Notes under the pieces: model-generated
The model's input: the letters and a program-made list of their open reading frames with translations, nothing else
The model's database searches: none
Told to the model about the DNA's origin: nothing
Origin: Nymphaea colorata
Taxonomy: Eukaryota
Assembly (NCBI RefSeq): GCF_008831285.2
Contig: NC_045138.2
Span: 24,800,001-24,864,000, forward strand
Reading direction: 5' to 3'
Length of the DNA stretch: 64,000 bases
Translations under genes and position numbers: made by a program
Shown: in pieces, positions 37,807-51,545 of the stretch
How the letters are laid out: each line of letters opens with the position of its first letter
Position numbering within the stretch: the stretch's first letter is position 1

Positions 37807-40318
37807 GCAAGAGTGGGGAGGAAACGCCTCGTCTCACGCAACGTTGTCTCGAGTGATGGCAACAAAACCTTATCATTCAGGCCACCCTTGCTGTCAACTT
37901 CTTCGCCTTTTTTAGGAAAGCGACGTCTCCTCCTACTCCTCACGCTCACCTGCTCACCCTCGGATTAATTTCTCCCTCTCTCTCCCTCCCCAACAAAATT
38001 TTTACAGAAGAGAGAGAAAGAGATCTGATGCATGATTGCTCCGGGACAAAGGTGGCTCAGGCCTTACACCAGTACTTGTTTGGGGAAGAGAAGGCCCCCG
38101 ATCTACCACCCTCATTAAATCTGCATTTATTACCTAAGCGTACGCTCTTTTAAGCAAGCTGCCTAGGCTTTGGTTTTAGGCCAAAGATGCAATGTTTCTC
38201 TGTTTATCTTCTTGATTAATGAACTGTTGCTACATTTCGAGCCGCTTCTTCTTTCGAAGTTTCTGAAAGCCTCGTCACGTGGTGCATCGGGAACGAACTA
38301 CCAAGAATATGCTTTCATCTCTAGAGCAAATAAAAAGTTACGACGACGTGCAGAGACCACAAATTTGGGGAAAAAACACAGTCAAAAAATTTGAAGGGGA
38401 CTGATAGATAAAGGTACCCATCTACTGTCTTCGATTCAATGCCTCGTTCGGATTATGATCGGAAAATCATGGTCACGTAATCTTCACCGGACCGTGAGAA
38501 AGCGTCAGCTGTGTTTGTGGCTCTTCTCGCTTGAGATATCTCGAAACACATAAATTTTATGGTTCTTGGTCGCCATCAACAACTTTTTCAGATGGGGACC
38601 ATGCAAAACTTATCGGCAACGGCCACAGCTTCTGCTTTCTGGTCGCTTGCGATCGTTTATTTCGCCTGTGACAATCAAATCTCCGTGAGCTTTAGCCGTT
38701 AAGGATTAACTTAGCTGCGAGATTTACCCGACCAATCTAAGCCCTGCATTTGACGATACCGAAAGCATCCGCATGTATATCTAGTACGAGGGACAAAAAT
38801 TCGGAAGAATCCATCAAAAAGTGAATTTCTTTGATTGTGAAGTTTCCATACAGTGGCAGCCGGTTGAATCGTTGAAATCCTTACATTTGCTTGATTTGTA
38901 ATGAGACAATCCTACATTTTGGCTCTATTCCTGCAGCTACTATCTGTAATCAGAAAAGGAAAACGGAAAGAGGAAAAACAGAGAAGGGAAAAAAAAAAAA
39001 GAAAAAGAAAGAAGAAAAGAGTGCTGGCCGCACACTGATGGACCTAATGAAATGCTAAAAGATCTGCTCGTCAATCGGATATATATCTCGAAGTTGAATA
39101 AACCATAAATTCTGCCTGTGTTCTCCATCCTTTCATATCTGTAGTCACAAGTGAAATCGACTCATTTCCGAAAATTCCCTGTCGTTCTGTTAGAATTTAC
39201 AACTGCCGAACTTTGCACAAAAAGAAGAATCCGCCATCACCAAACTGTAGTTCAAAAAACCACGAAATCGTCATTGCCATGTTGAAATGGAATTTCAGTT
39301 TGTTGTAATTCGAAAATTTGGGATGCTTTGATTTCTCAACATCTGCCGGAAACTGAAAGATTGCAGAAACAAATTCCGGACTACTCTTAGCAACCAGAAA
39401 GCGAAGGGGGAACCGAAAGAACAAGTACCCATGCAAAGCAAGGAGCAGAATTATTGGGTGCTGTTCTTTGGCCAATTTGGCTGCAGCGTGACTGCTGCCG
39501 GCCCTTGTTCCTGTTTTGTACAGGCAGAAATATGCAGTCACCAGCCATATCAAATAATTGCTGTCCTTCCTTTCAATGAATAGAATTACGAGCTTCGTTT
39601 CGCTTCCTGTACACTAGGTAGTAACGAGCTGCTAGGCGCAGCAGAGGCACAGCCACAAACATGGAGTGGGGGCCCCACTGTGCTCCTGAGCACCACAGGG
39701 AGTGGGACCCCCTCTCGCGGCCCCACCGGTGAGACCAATCATGCTGACTGGAGGTGAACCAGCCAACTAATCGGCTAACCTTTTCGCCGTCCCTAGAGAT
39801 TCCCCGATTTAGATTTGAAACCCTAGCAGCCTCCTAGTAGTCAGATGAAAAGTAAGCCGTCATGTGTATTGACCTTTTAATTTTATTATGATATATATAC
39901 ATATGTATATATTATATTATATATACACAGATAAACTTTTGACTTTATTGAATGATGATGCTAAAATTTTCACTGGGACGTGTTTGGAACCTGCATTTAC
40001 TAAAGAAGAAACAACGATCAAGTTCTATACGGAAACAGGACAATAGGTCTTAAAATCTGCATCTCAGTATTCTTTCATAATGTTGAAAGTTTTTATTCAC
40101 GTTGTTGCTGTGAACATGCACACCCTATTTTTACAAAAGAGGAAAAGTTCATGTTCGGATAATGTGTTGTAAGGGGCTTATTTATAGGGCATAACATAGC
40201 TGGTCGAATGAAGAAAACGATGTCATGAATGCTACTTTTATGAATTACAAATGGTAGCACCATAGCTGCCCAAGTCCCAAAACAGGCTTTAAACTTTGGC
40301 GTTCGATAATGAGAGACT

Positions 40319-40351
<33 letters not shown>

Positions 40352-41007
40352 CACATAAAGTTTGGCAGAACTTGCAAATTCCATGATGGCAGTAGCTCTC
40401 TAGACTAACTTAGCATTATCTCTTTCTTTCTGGCAGTTTCAATATCCCGAAAATTAACAGTCTATTATGTAAGAGAAGATATGGCCAATTATTGGTGGCA
40501 TTGCCAACTTATATATATATATATATATGTGGATAGTTACAGCAATGTCGTAATCAATACAAAGAAAGAGATTGAAGAGGGAGCAGTGGACGGATCAACC
40601 TACACCAATTAGTGGGCTCTTTGTTCCTTTGCATAATATCCCCTTTCTCTCTCTCTCTCTCTCTCCATTTGAAGGAGCAACTGGATAAGGTGCGTTGTCT
40701 TGTCTTAATCACACACTTTTGAAGCCCACAACACACGCCTTGTAAAATTATTGAAAGAACTTGTCCTAACGCAAAGACTTCTTCTGGGCGTGAAGGATCA
40801 GATTCTCACTTCTTTCTTCAATTGAATGTAAGGGCATCAAAGGTTTGGAGTGTTGGTTTTGTGCCACCTTGTCTTTTCCCTCTTTTTCATTTGCATCTCT
40901 TCCTTTTACTGCTCTTCCATAGTCATGTTTTTTTTCGTTATTGTTGCATTCATAATTAGCATTTAGGGCAGTTTGCAGAAAAGTTAACATGTAAGATATT
41001 TTATGAA

Positions 41008-41164
41008 GGCAGTTTGACAACATTAATACATTGTTATTGTCTCTTGAATCTATCTATCCCAAAAAATAGATCAGGTTCATGGAACACTTGTTATAATGTT
41101 TGATGAACCTATCTCATTTTTTAGGGCAGGTTCATGAGACAGTAACAACAAAATGTCACCAGCC
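41008..41164. mobile_element. Fold-back (Tourist-like) MITE
   Basis: GGCAGTTTGACA ... TGTCACCAGCC ends with inner inverted arms TTGTTATTGTCTCTTGAATCT / AGGTTCATGAGACAGTAACAA. Confidence 0.6.
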
Positions 41165-42904
41165 AGTCATATAAGATTATATTAAACAAAAACACAAACG
41201 ACCCCTGTGATGATGATAGATGAATTTTGTATATAAAAAGTTACAAATATATACTTTCTTAAGCAGAAAGCATATTCTAACAAAGAGTTTGCAGGTGTGT
41301 AATAAATCTTAGTGTCTCTTTTTATGAACTATAATGATATTGAACTAATGTTCTTATTTATGATGCTCATATGACAGAACACGGGAAATTTTATTATACA
41401 TTTTTATACTCCATTATGTTGGTGCCCACCAATCATGCCTCAATCAGCTCTGCCCACCATAGTCCTTGCATTGTTGCTATCTTTTGCAAAAAAAAAAAAG
41501 AAAAACTCCATAATTTTGACTTAAGTTTCATGTAGATTTATTTTCTAATATCAGATGAAAATGTCTACGAGTTATCGGTTTCTTGATTGTGAACAACAAA
41601 TTAAGAATAAAAGAACGTTTATTGTACGCTCTTATTTTTCTAATATCAGACGAAAATGTCTACGAGTTACCGATGGAGCCGGGGCTGATTAGATGAGAGG
41701 TGTTTGACATCCCATGTGTTGCAAATTTGCAATATAAGGGCAAACAGGGTGATTGGCATTGCATTTCATTTTAGGAGGTGGTAATTGTTGATAAAAACAT
41801 GCAGGGAATTAAAAAGACCGGTTGGTCATTAATCTTATTGTTTTATCGGCTCTCGATAAATTTGGACTGTTACTCATCGAACAGCGAATCACTCTTTCTC
41901 TTTCTAAAAAATGAAATGTAATATTAAGTAAGCTGACAGGAAAGAAAAACCAAAAACCAAGGGAGTAAATCTAGTTAGAAGAAATGCTTTGAATAAAACT
42001 ATAGAATAAAAATAACCTTCCTCTGAAACCATCTTCCTAGCAGTGGGTGGCATCAAACTTAATGAAATTTCGTAGCCGTTACGGTGTGGAGATAATAGCC
42101 ACCAATATTGGGTCAAGCACTTATGATCGAGTCTCAACTCCAGCCCCGTTAATTAAATGGATCTGAAAATTTACATCTTAGTATGGGAGAAAAAATTGAT
42201 GGATCTACTAGATTCTGATTAGAAACTATTTTTGAATCCGGGATCTATCACGTCAGGACCGGGCACGCACACAAGAAATCAAAGAGACTTTTATTTGTTT
42301 TCAGATGAAATAGAGCGGTAGGATTTATGTCAGCAGGATGTGAAATTTCGCTATGAGATCCAACTGGAAGATCTGGATCTAGAACCAGATTAATTCATTC
42401 ACAAAATAAAATGGATATTTTAGTAATCTACGGCCCTCCTATCTTTTTTTATGCGACAATAACAACCCCAAGACAACCACGTGCATAAATTTAATTATTT
42501 ATCTTTCTGATAATGAAAATATATTCAGCTTTCATAGAAAATAAGAGCGTACAATTCATGGCAACAATTTCCAGAAAAAAAAAAAAAAACCCTTATGAAC
42601 AAATCGGGAAATGACATGCACGTTTGAGAATAGGGAAATATTATTGGCCCTCATATGGAATTTTCCTTTTAATTCCAGTTTCTACAATAAACCATGCTTT
42701 ATGTGGAATGAGACCCATTATTAAAAAGGGAGATGTTGATATCACAATCATGCTGGTTTAATTTTGGTGAACAAATGGGACCCAGATTGGCCCCATTTAT
42801 TTATTTCACTAACTAGATTGATGCCTGATCCAACATAATGCTTTTCATTTTCCCCCTTTCTAGGTTTTTTGACAAGTTAAAATCCATGAGAAGTAAAGGC
42901 ATTG

Positions 42905-43130
42905 TTTTTTTTTTTTTTTTAGTATTAATTTGACAAGGGGAAATCCCTTTTGGGCTAAGAGACTTGGTCGCTTACCCGGCTGCGCTGCATAAAACCCTGA
43001 GGCTAGTATTTCTGCATCGGGGTGTAATGCATGCTTCGGCTTCTACAAGGGTTTCACGCTCCTGAGAATTAAACCGACTGTCCCTCTATCAACCACTGAC
43101 CCCGTCCATTGCGCCAAACCCTTTGGGGCT
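42905..43130 (-). mobile_element. tRNA-derived SINE with poly(A) tail
   Basis: Minus-strand head GCCCCAAAGGGTT-TGGCGCAATGG (A box), degenerate B box GGTTTAATTCT, A16 tail (T run 42905-42920), degenerate TSD AAGTAAAGGCATTG / AAGTAAAAGGTGCTG. Confidence 0.8.
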
Positions 43131-44077
43131 AAAGTAAAAGGTGCTGGTAGTTCCAAATTTCCAAAGATGAAAAGCATTTGTGGGATTTGGTCTTCTAATA
43201 AAATGATATCAAAGTGAGGAAGTCTTGAGATTTCCTTTCTACGGTATTCATCTTCTCAGTGGATTGCTTGAATTTTTTTTTACAGTCAAGTTTATTTGAT
43301 AGAGTTCCGGAATGCGTTCCTCTAGATCAGAAGGTTGACTTTGGTTTAATCAGACAAAATGTATGATATGTCGTCCACCATCAATTAGTTGAAAACGAAG
43401 ACGAAAGATAATATAGGAAATGTTTGTTTGAGAGGAAGGAAGAAGAAGACGGACACGTCATTACTAAAAGGATTTGCTTTGTGACTTGACATCTAATTAA
43501 GAAATCAAATCAGATTAGGTTTCAAGAAAAGACTTAGATATTCTGTTCTAAATAAATGTCCGATCGGATATTATCTACATGACCAGTTTTTTTTTTTTTT
43601 TTTTATATATATATATATTTGATATCCATACATTTCGAAAGTTGGTTCTCGAAATGGCATGTCTTTTTCTTCCTCCATATTTGAATCCAAATACGCGAAT
43701 ATCCAGTAATTCCAATGTAAGACGAGCTGATCTGATGAATCCAATCCGTTGACATCCCGACTTTTAAGGTCGAGCCTGGACCAGTTATATACGATACCTC
43801 TTCGACTGGCAACTTCTTTGCAACTAAAAATTTCCTAACCCTAAAAAACCTTGATTAATTACCATGATGAAGTGCTTAACACTAAAATTTGGACAATGGC
43901 AGATTCAGTAACAATGGCTTTTCCTATAAATATGTGGTTGGTGTGGTGGGATTGATGATATACCTGACTTTTTCGGCTTCAAGATAATCACATCAAATAT
44001 ATTACATATAATTGAGCATTGTGGATTAGGAACCTAAAAATCGAGGGGTTGATGGGAGAAGTATAATGCACAAATGG

Positions 44078-44466
44078 GAAGTCACAAATATTGTTTTCGT
44101 GTTTTAAACAGCGACGTTGTTTCAAGTTATAATTCTATGAGTTTGAAAAAAAGGGAAAAACATGGTAAATTTTTAAAAATTAAAAAAACATTAAAAATTA
44201 GAAAAAAATAAATGAAAAAATAATAAGACAACGTCAAAAAAATAAATAGATAAAAATCAAATAAAAACTACAAAACAGAAACAAACAGTTTGACGTTAAA
44301 AAGTATAAAAAAAGCCAGAAATGAAAAAAAGGGGAAAAAAGATATTCGCATTTTTTTTTTGTTTTGGCATTTTTTAAAAAGAGAAAAGTGGCTTGCCATT
44401 TTTGTAGCTCACATATTTTCACGTTTTTAACCCCTTTTTTTTCCGAAAAAACAAGGCGTGACTATA
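44078..44466. mobile_element. Older copy of the 26644-27026 MITE family
   Basis: Begins AGTCACAAATA, shares TTGAAAAAAAGGGAAAAAYATGRTAAATTTTTAAAAATTAAAAAAAC and ends GTGACTAT; no clean TSD. Confidence 0.7.
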
Positions 44467-44614
44467 GACAAAAAATTGTCTTCCACTAAGTCTTTGGCAT
44501 CATTTAAAGTTTTAACTCTGTCACTTGTATTTATCAGCTGTTATAATTATATTTTTGCATGCACAGATTATACACTTTCAGAACTGCCTCCCACTCAATA
44601 ATGTCAAGTGGGGT

Positions 44615-44651
<37 letters not shown>

Positions 44652-45333
44652 TGTTTTATGAGTTATCCAATAAATTTAGTGGATAATTAGAAGGAATCAT
44701 ATGAAAAGATAAATATAACTCGTTACGGAAAAATATCATGAAATGGTAATTTTTGTTGCGTAGCATCGATCTAGTAAACTATTGATGAAATCCATCAAAC
44801 ATCCATACTTATTTGACACATTTCCAGAACTATTTATATAAATATAAAGACAGAAAGAGGTGGTGGGCTTGTGGTGCAAAAGGGGGGCTCTTTTTCAGTT
44901 TTAACAAATTAGTAGTGAGGACAAAAATGAATAATTTGTTCTCTTAGAATTTGCATATATCGACAGCTGCACATGTCATTGCGCAATACACCGCCCGCAG
45001 TATTCTTCTGCCTTTTGTGAACCAATTCCATGGCCCAACTAAAAAAATACAGATCACCCAAACCAAGAAATATCTTGGGAAGCCACAAGAAAGAGAGGGA
45101 GAGAGAGTTTAAGGGCTGACAGTATACCCTCTACTAGTCCTTGGGCTAGAACAGTATTGGGATGGATTACTTATATAAGTCTTCTTCGACAAATAGAGAT
45201 TGTAGTTCAGTGTCAATGGTTAAAGACAATGATAAATCTTGTTTAATGAACTAGAGAAAAATCCACTCCCCCTTGATTTGAGCCTCAATTCTCAATGGTG
45301 AAAGGTTCTCAGCAACTTTAGTGAACGTTCAGC

Positions 45334-45676
45334 AAGTCCAGAGTATTACAGAATCTGTAACCTACAGATGCAACTCTCTGCTGCAAGATGCACAGGTTTC
45401 TTCTCAATAATATCTGACACTTGAAGATGCGGAACAGTGCAGGATTTCACAAGAAAGCTGCCACGGCTGACACCTAAGTATAGTTGGCAGCATTCATAAA
45501 GTCGAGAGAATGTTACAGAATCTGTAATCTACATATGCAAACTCTCTGCTGCAAGATGCACAAGTTTCTTCTCACTAATAACTTAACACAAGAAGATGCG
45601 AAACCATGGAGGATTTCGCAAGAAAGCTCCCACGGCTGACACCTAAGTATAGTTGGCAGCCTTCATAATCTGAGAA
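45334..45676. repeat. About 167-bp tandem duplication
   Basis: TTACAGAATCTGTAA...CCACGGCTGACACCTAAGTATAGTTGGCAGC at 45346 and 45513. Confidence 0.9.
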
Positions 45677-47009
45677 TGGTCGGTGCACGAGCCTCCTTGT
45701 GACACCTAAACTTTCCAGGAATAAAATTTTCCTTTGTTCCCCATTCACATTTTCCTCATTGTGGTGCTGGGATGCCCGTTGCGGTCGGCTCTGGCAATAT
45801 CATTATTTAATTCCATCATGGACAAAGAAGCAGATGCCCTTTATGAATCTTGAAAGAGTGCTGGTCACCTGAGCATTACAGAAAGAGAGTATCTTCGGAC
45901 TCTGTTCCTCTGTTTTGGGATGAAAAATTCCAAATTAGACAATTTGTTTCCAGCTAGAACTTCCTGGACTTCTTCTCAACGCCATGTGAGACAAGTACGG
46001 AAGTTGAATGTGTTCAATGTCAATATGTGAGCAAAAAGGGCAGAATCTTTTAATAATTCAGATGCTCACAGATTCATCGTTTCCACTGCAGCATGGCACT
46101 GTGAATTTTGAAATTCAAATGGACAGAACAGTGTATCTAATCGGCGAACATGTGACCCACGCCTTTTCCTCCAAAAGGCATGAGAACAGTTGGTAAAGAG
46201 TCATCCAATTAGTCCATTTCATATGCAACTTCTATTGGCTAAAGCAATTCGGCACAGTCTAATGTCAATAAGCATAGTAATCAAGATAACAAACTAGATG
46301 TTGCCCAGTAGCGTCTTCTCAAGCTGTTTGCCGGATTGAAGCAAATTTCTTGGAAATGCGTCTTCGTGGAATCACAGTTCGTCTCCCATAATCCATTTTG
46401 TTTCTTCAAAAGGGAACTGCCATAGTGTGTGCATCTAAATATTAACAAACGTGCTTTCATTTGCGACAATAGATGCACCAGTCATTCACTTTGCGCACTT
46501 TGAGTTGCCAGTTGCTCCTCATTTGCTTCATCTTTGCGTCTTCTGTTCTTTAGTGTAATACGACTTTCATTTTTCTACTGTACATACTGTATCTAATATT
46601 TATGTATCATTTCTTGCTTGATGTTCTTCACTTGTGCACCGAATGTACTTGGAAATGGAAGAAGAAATAATGTTCTCAAAGTTGATACAGAATGGCAAAA
46701 AGCAGAAAGATGTAAATATCGTCCAGAAAATAGTCCCTTTACGTAAATAGCTTGTATACACGCAGTAGTTTGTTAATGATCATCCTACAAGATGTGGACT
46801 ATAAGAGATGAACACAAATTTGCAGATACCATACATCAAGATTTAGTAACCGCAGCATGACAAGCTAACTCTAGGAGCTGATCAGGTCACTCCGGGGGCT
46901 TACTTTCTTAAAGTGAAAAACCACGAGTGTGCAGAGATGGAGATGAATCTTGCCACCTTGGTGGCGTTTCTTCCTAAGAAGGTCGCCACCGGCACCGGGT
47001 GCTATAATC

Positions 47010-47225
47010 TAGGGGTGGGTATCTTAATCTAGGGGTGGGTATCTGGCCGGGCCGGAAAATATTTTTTAATTAGAAAATAATATTTTTTAATATAAAATGT
47101 ATTTATTAAGAATAAAAATATTATTAAAACAAAAAAATTAAAATATATATATATATATATTTAGCTTACCGGGCCGACCCGGGCCGGGATTTTCCTCGCC
47201 CAAACCCAGCCCGATGCCAGCCTTA
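47010..47225. mobile_element. hAT-type MITE
   Basis: Perfect 8-bp TSD CTATAATC (47002-47009, 47226-47233); ends TAGGGGTGGGTATC / GATGCCAGCCTTA; GGCCGGGCC subterminal motifs. Confidence 0.85.
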
Positions 47226-49334
47226 CTATAATCTGATCTCCCCTAATACAATTCTTAATAGGAGCATCTGCTTGTGCCATGCATGTCAGAAACTGTTTAT
47301 CTTGGATTCAGGAATCAGCGGAAATTTGGTGAAATGCAAAATCACGCTCTTGAAGTGTTTGAATATTCCATTTGATGGTTGGTCTCGTCTAACGATTTCC
47401 GAATTGATCATGGGGCTCGAAGGAGATGCCCATGACAACAGAACCACTGATCAACATGGTGACCGTTGATCTTCAAATTTGTGGTAAAGATGTTAGGGCA
47501 GTTTGAAGTTCTAATTTGACAGATGATCTGCTGGCATGTTAAGTATGTTCCACTTGCATCAATCAAACTACATTTGTCATTAAAATTCTACAAAATGTTA
47601 GTATATTTCCTTCGAAAATGCTTCAAGGTGCACCCACCAATATTCGTATAAGCTTTACTTGAAAAGCTGACATGCTTGATCTTTCTGTGTATCATTTTCC
47701 TGTTTTCGAGAGTGTTGGATTTGTAGATCTCTGATCCCCATGAAGGGTAGGATTCAGATCTACTAAGTCATGGGCACTTGCGATAACAACTACCGTTCGA
47801 CTTCATGTGAAGTGGTTATTAACGATGTAACTAAAAAATCAGTAAGAAGAGGGAACTAAAGAACAGAATTGTGTGCATACAAGAGAGTGCGCCATGTCCG
47901 TTGTGATTCTGTGCTGGTGTTCTTCAATAAGAGTGCATTTGCCCTAATAACAAACTGGATTGTGAAAACTATAAGATGTTTCCCATTGTGAATGTCGTTC
48001 TCCCTGTCGAGTCCTTCACCAAGTGACGACCTTTTGAAAGTTAGCTTGCATGAAAAGGTATCTGACTGTTCTTCTGTTGAGTGTCGGATCGAGATATACT
48101 TACAAAGACCCCAATGAAATGGTGGTAATGATAGTGTAAAACTGGTTTGCTATATTATCAACCCCATCTGTTATGAAATCTTGCTAGATGTTTTGATCAA
48201 ATCAGATTCTTCAAGTATTACCCCCCATGTAATTGTTTTGAAAGCAACACATCCTTCAAATTGTAATTGGAAAGGAAAAATATATTTTGTACTGTAGAAA
48301 TTTACGGCAGCAGTTGTTTTTATGATGCATGCAGTCGGGTTCCAATGGTGGGATGTGATTTTCATGAAACAAAACAAGCGGATCACTTTCATGAGGTCCA
48401 ATATGATCAAAGCTACATTCAACTTTGAGATTCATCAGATAATATGAAGACCGTAGCAATGCCAAAATCCTCTTGGTTGCAACAGGATGAGAGCTGTTTG
48501 CTATAGTGGGGTCGCATGGATCTATGGCGACACAGTAGAACAAAAGCCTAAGGTTAATTTTCAATCATTCCTTTAGTTTTTGTGCGTCTACGAAGCAAAC
48601 CTTGCAATTTGGTAACAGAAATGTGACGAAAGTTTTTAGGAAATCAATTTCCTTCATCAAAAGAATTTGTTTCCAGCTTGCTTCCTGCTTCATACACCTG
48701 ATACCAGTGTTTAGCTGCTTGATTGGTAGTTATTCGTCTACCTTAATCTTTTTTCATTTCCACCAAAGGCTATGTTCTTATCGAGCTTGTCTAAACAGGA
48801 TTTGTCAGAAACACCTCCACCCTTCGAGGTCCTTTGACTGCTAGACAGAATGCTTACTTCAGAGCATTTCTGCTCCTTGTCATTCCATGATTATGGAGTG
48901 GAGTGACTAAAAAGTGTGCTCGAATTTGCTGTGCTTGACGCCCCTTGTTTGACAAGGTACAGCACCTTGTTCTTGTAAAGGGTAACGCCAGGAACAGGAT
49001 TCGCCAATCTTGCTGCAGGTCAGTCTCAGTCTGTGTTTGTAAAAATAACACACGCCCTCTCTTTACGCTTGGGAGTTTCCCTTAACGCCAACTTCAATTA
49101 CTTTGCGATGCAATGTCTCGCACCACCAAACTAGTGTTTGAGTGAAATCCAGCATGGCTCTACCCTTACACACGAAGGCCAAACTTTTATAAGGACAAGG
49201 TCTACCAAATTAGTGTCTTCTAAGTTCTCTGTCATTTTTTATTTTCCTGCTTAGAGAGCGTTCGATTCTTGTTCTTGGCAACTCTAGAGAAACAGGGAGT
49301 TTTAGGAGCAGGAGGAACATATACAACTGCCATA

Positions 49335-49706
49335 CATAGTTGGCAAACCGTGACTCAGACATCAGATAAACGAGTTGATTCGGCGGGGTGAAGTCATAAA
49401 TCTTTATAATGCATCTTATCTATAAATAGATGAAAAAGTTAAAGTCTGCTAAGATTTCATACTTAATTTTTCATTTCATCGACTAAAACCGAATAGCATG
49501 TAATACGAGTATATGTATATACTTGGTAAAGTTTTTTATATTTCACAATTTAGAAGACAACAAACTTTAGAATTCTGCAGTACAAGACAAAAAAGAACAT
49601 GTAATTAATTGACAATCACAGCTGATCTAACTTGTGGCCCAGTAAATAGACGATCCTAACCGATTCGAGGGACTTGCAACTTGAATCGTCGAGTTTGTCA
49701 ACTATG
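49335..49706. mobile_element. hAT-type MITE
   Basis: TIRs CATAGTTGGCAAAC / GTTTGTCAACTATG (13/14); degenerate 8-bp TSD CTGCCATA / CCGCGATA. Confidence 0.75.
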
Positions 49707-50253
49707 CCGCGATAAAGTGCAAAATGCAGGAACATGTGGCTCTGGTGGTGCTTGACATTGACCCCAAACCAGACACATCAAAACCAAACACATCAGTGAC
49801 CTCTACACCCCCTTTGATAAACTGAGACAATGTTGATGCAAATTTAATAGGTGAGGTGAAGACACTTGATATATTTCCAATGATAAGCCTTCTAGCTGCC
49901 ATCACGTTATGCAGCTGAAGGCATGGCACAGTCAGTCCACGCATGTGTGAGTCAGTCAAGTCTGGTCAATGGCCGAACCAAAAAGCTTTAAATAACAGCA
50001 GCAGGCGGGTTCCTCAACGGACCGGTGACCGACTCCCGTGGTCCAAGGTGTCTCGTCGGACACATTAACCCAGTTGCACTGTACATGCCATGCAAAACGG
50101 ACCCAACTAAACTGGACCCTTCGAAAGGACGAACACCTGGTGGGTGCATCCTTGCATGTGGTGCGGGCCTCGATCTCTATCAAACAATGGCGAACACTGA
50201 GGACAACCCATTTTGTCGGTCGGAAAATGTTTGATGCGTTGAATTCGTTAGAC

Positions 50254-50502
50254 CATAGTTGGCAAATTCGAGACTCAAATTTGCATCCGTAGATGAGACG
50301 ATTGAGTCACCGGGTCAGTGAATTGTCATCGAGTTTTAAAATAACTTGAATCAGCGAGTTAGGCTGTGTCAAGAGCGAGTCGGGCCGAGTCAAAGGTGAG
50401 TCAGGGGCAAGCCAGACCAACCTTAACTAGTGCCCATGTTTTCTAGCGGTTCGGGCTGACTCGAACGAATCCTAAGCCAACTTGATGAGTTAGCCAACTA
50501 CG
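50254..50502. mobile_element. hAT-type MITE with the same TIR as 49335-49706
   Basis: CATAGTTGGCAAAT / AGTTAGCCAACTACG ends; GAGTC/GACTC subterminal motifs; TSD CGTTAGAC / CACTAAAC (5/8, mismatches all transitions). Confidence 0.65.
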
Positions 50503-51331
50503 CACTAAACTATACTACAGTTGATTTGTTCAAAGAGGAATAAATAAGTGCGAGTTAGACTTTTAGAGGTTTGACCAGTGAGTCTAAAATTGCGTCGCTC
50601 TAATCTATAACTTGTATGTAAAACCTACCCTCTTTTTGTACACAAGCGTAAACCCTTTGCGTCGAACTAAGGACGTGCTGTTCCCCTACCAAAGAAACAA
50701 GTGTGACTGTTTCACCTACCAAAGAAGCTCAGAAATGATGAAATAAAAAAAAAAAAGGTAAGAAAACATGTTCCAGGCTTTAATGTCCAGAGAATTCTGA
50801 GTAAAGAAATTGATAAAAGTGAATTTGAGTTTGACCAATCTTATGACGCATACGGTTTTTGTTTCAAACGATCAAGGACAATGTGTAGGCGAGTGAAGAC
50901 AAGGTTGATGAGCCTAGTCGATTTAATGAGCTGCTGGGCCCAGTCCCTTGTGGGCCTGGCATTGACTTGACTAGGTCCATGGGATGTTGTCCTAGTGAAA
51001 AAGCAGACCCACTATTCTCATTTTCTCTAGTTTTTTTTTTTTTTTTTTCTCTTGTGGAGCAGTCTGGGGCCTTCCACATTTAATGGCATGGAAACGTCCT
51101 CATCACAGCTCGTCCATTTTTCAAAATTTGCTTTGTCTTTTTTAAGTGGAAAAATTATTATTTTTAAAATTTAGCGTTATAGAAGTTGCGTGTTTTATAC
51201 ATATTTTTAATGTAGACCGCAAGGGCGTTTGACGAAGTCAAAATTTTAAAATTAAAGTTCTCATCGAAGATGAAATGAGAATTGCGTTTATAACAGAGCC
51301 AGCGGTCTACTAGCCACTGGCACAAGCTTAA

Positions 51332-51545
51332 TTAAGGTGTGTTTCTTACACGGAGGAAATTTCAAATCCAGAGATTTGAAGTCTAACATCCCATCAAATC
51401 ATATATTAGAGGGGGTTTTAAGAGTGGGGTGGGGGTTCAAAATTTGAAATCCATGTTTCTAGTTACTATAGAGACCCGATTATCACATAACAAGGATTTC
51501 AAATCCCATCACGATCTCAAATCTCCGTGGAAACAGGGTGCACTT
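51332..51545. mobile_element. Tourist-like MITE remnant
   Basis: GTGTGTTTC...CACGGAG and CTCCGTGGAAAC inverted ends with GATTTGAA/TTCAAATC motifs inside. Confidence 0.5.

Larger units (their letters stand above)
45250..49000 (+). pseudogene. Possible heavily decayed LRR (NLR-like) coding relic
   Basis: Interrupted plus-frame snippets with LxxLxIxxC-like spacing (CNSLLQD, ASL*HLNF, HLSITEREYLRTL, SLCAL*VASCSS, CQKLFIL...TLLKCLNI, FLSSLSKQDLSE); many stops and frameshifts; interrupted by a MITE. Confidence 0.3.
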
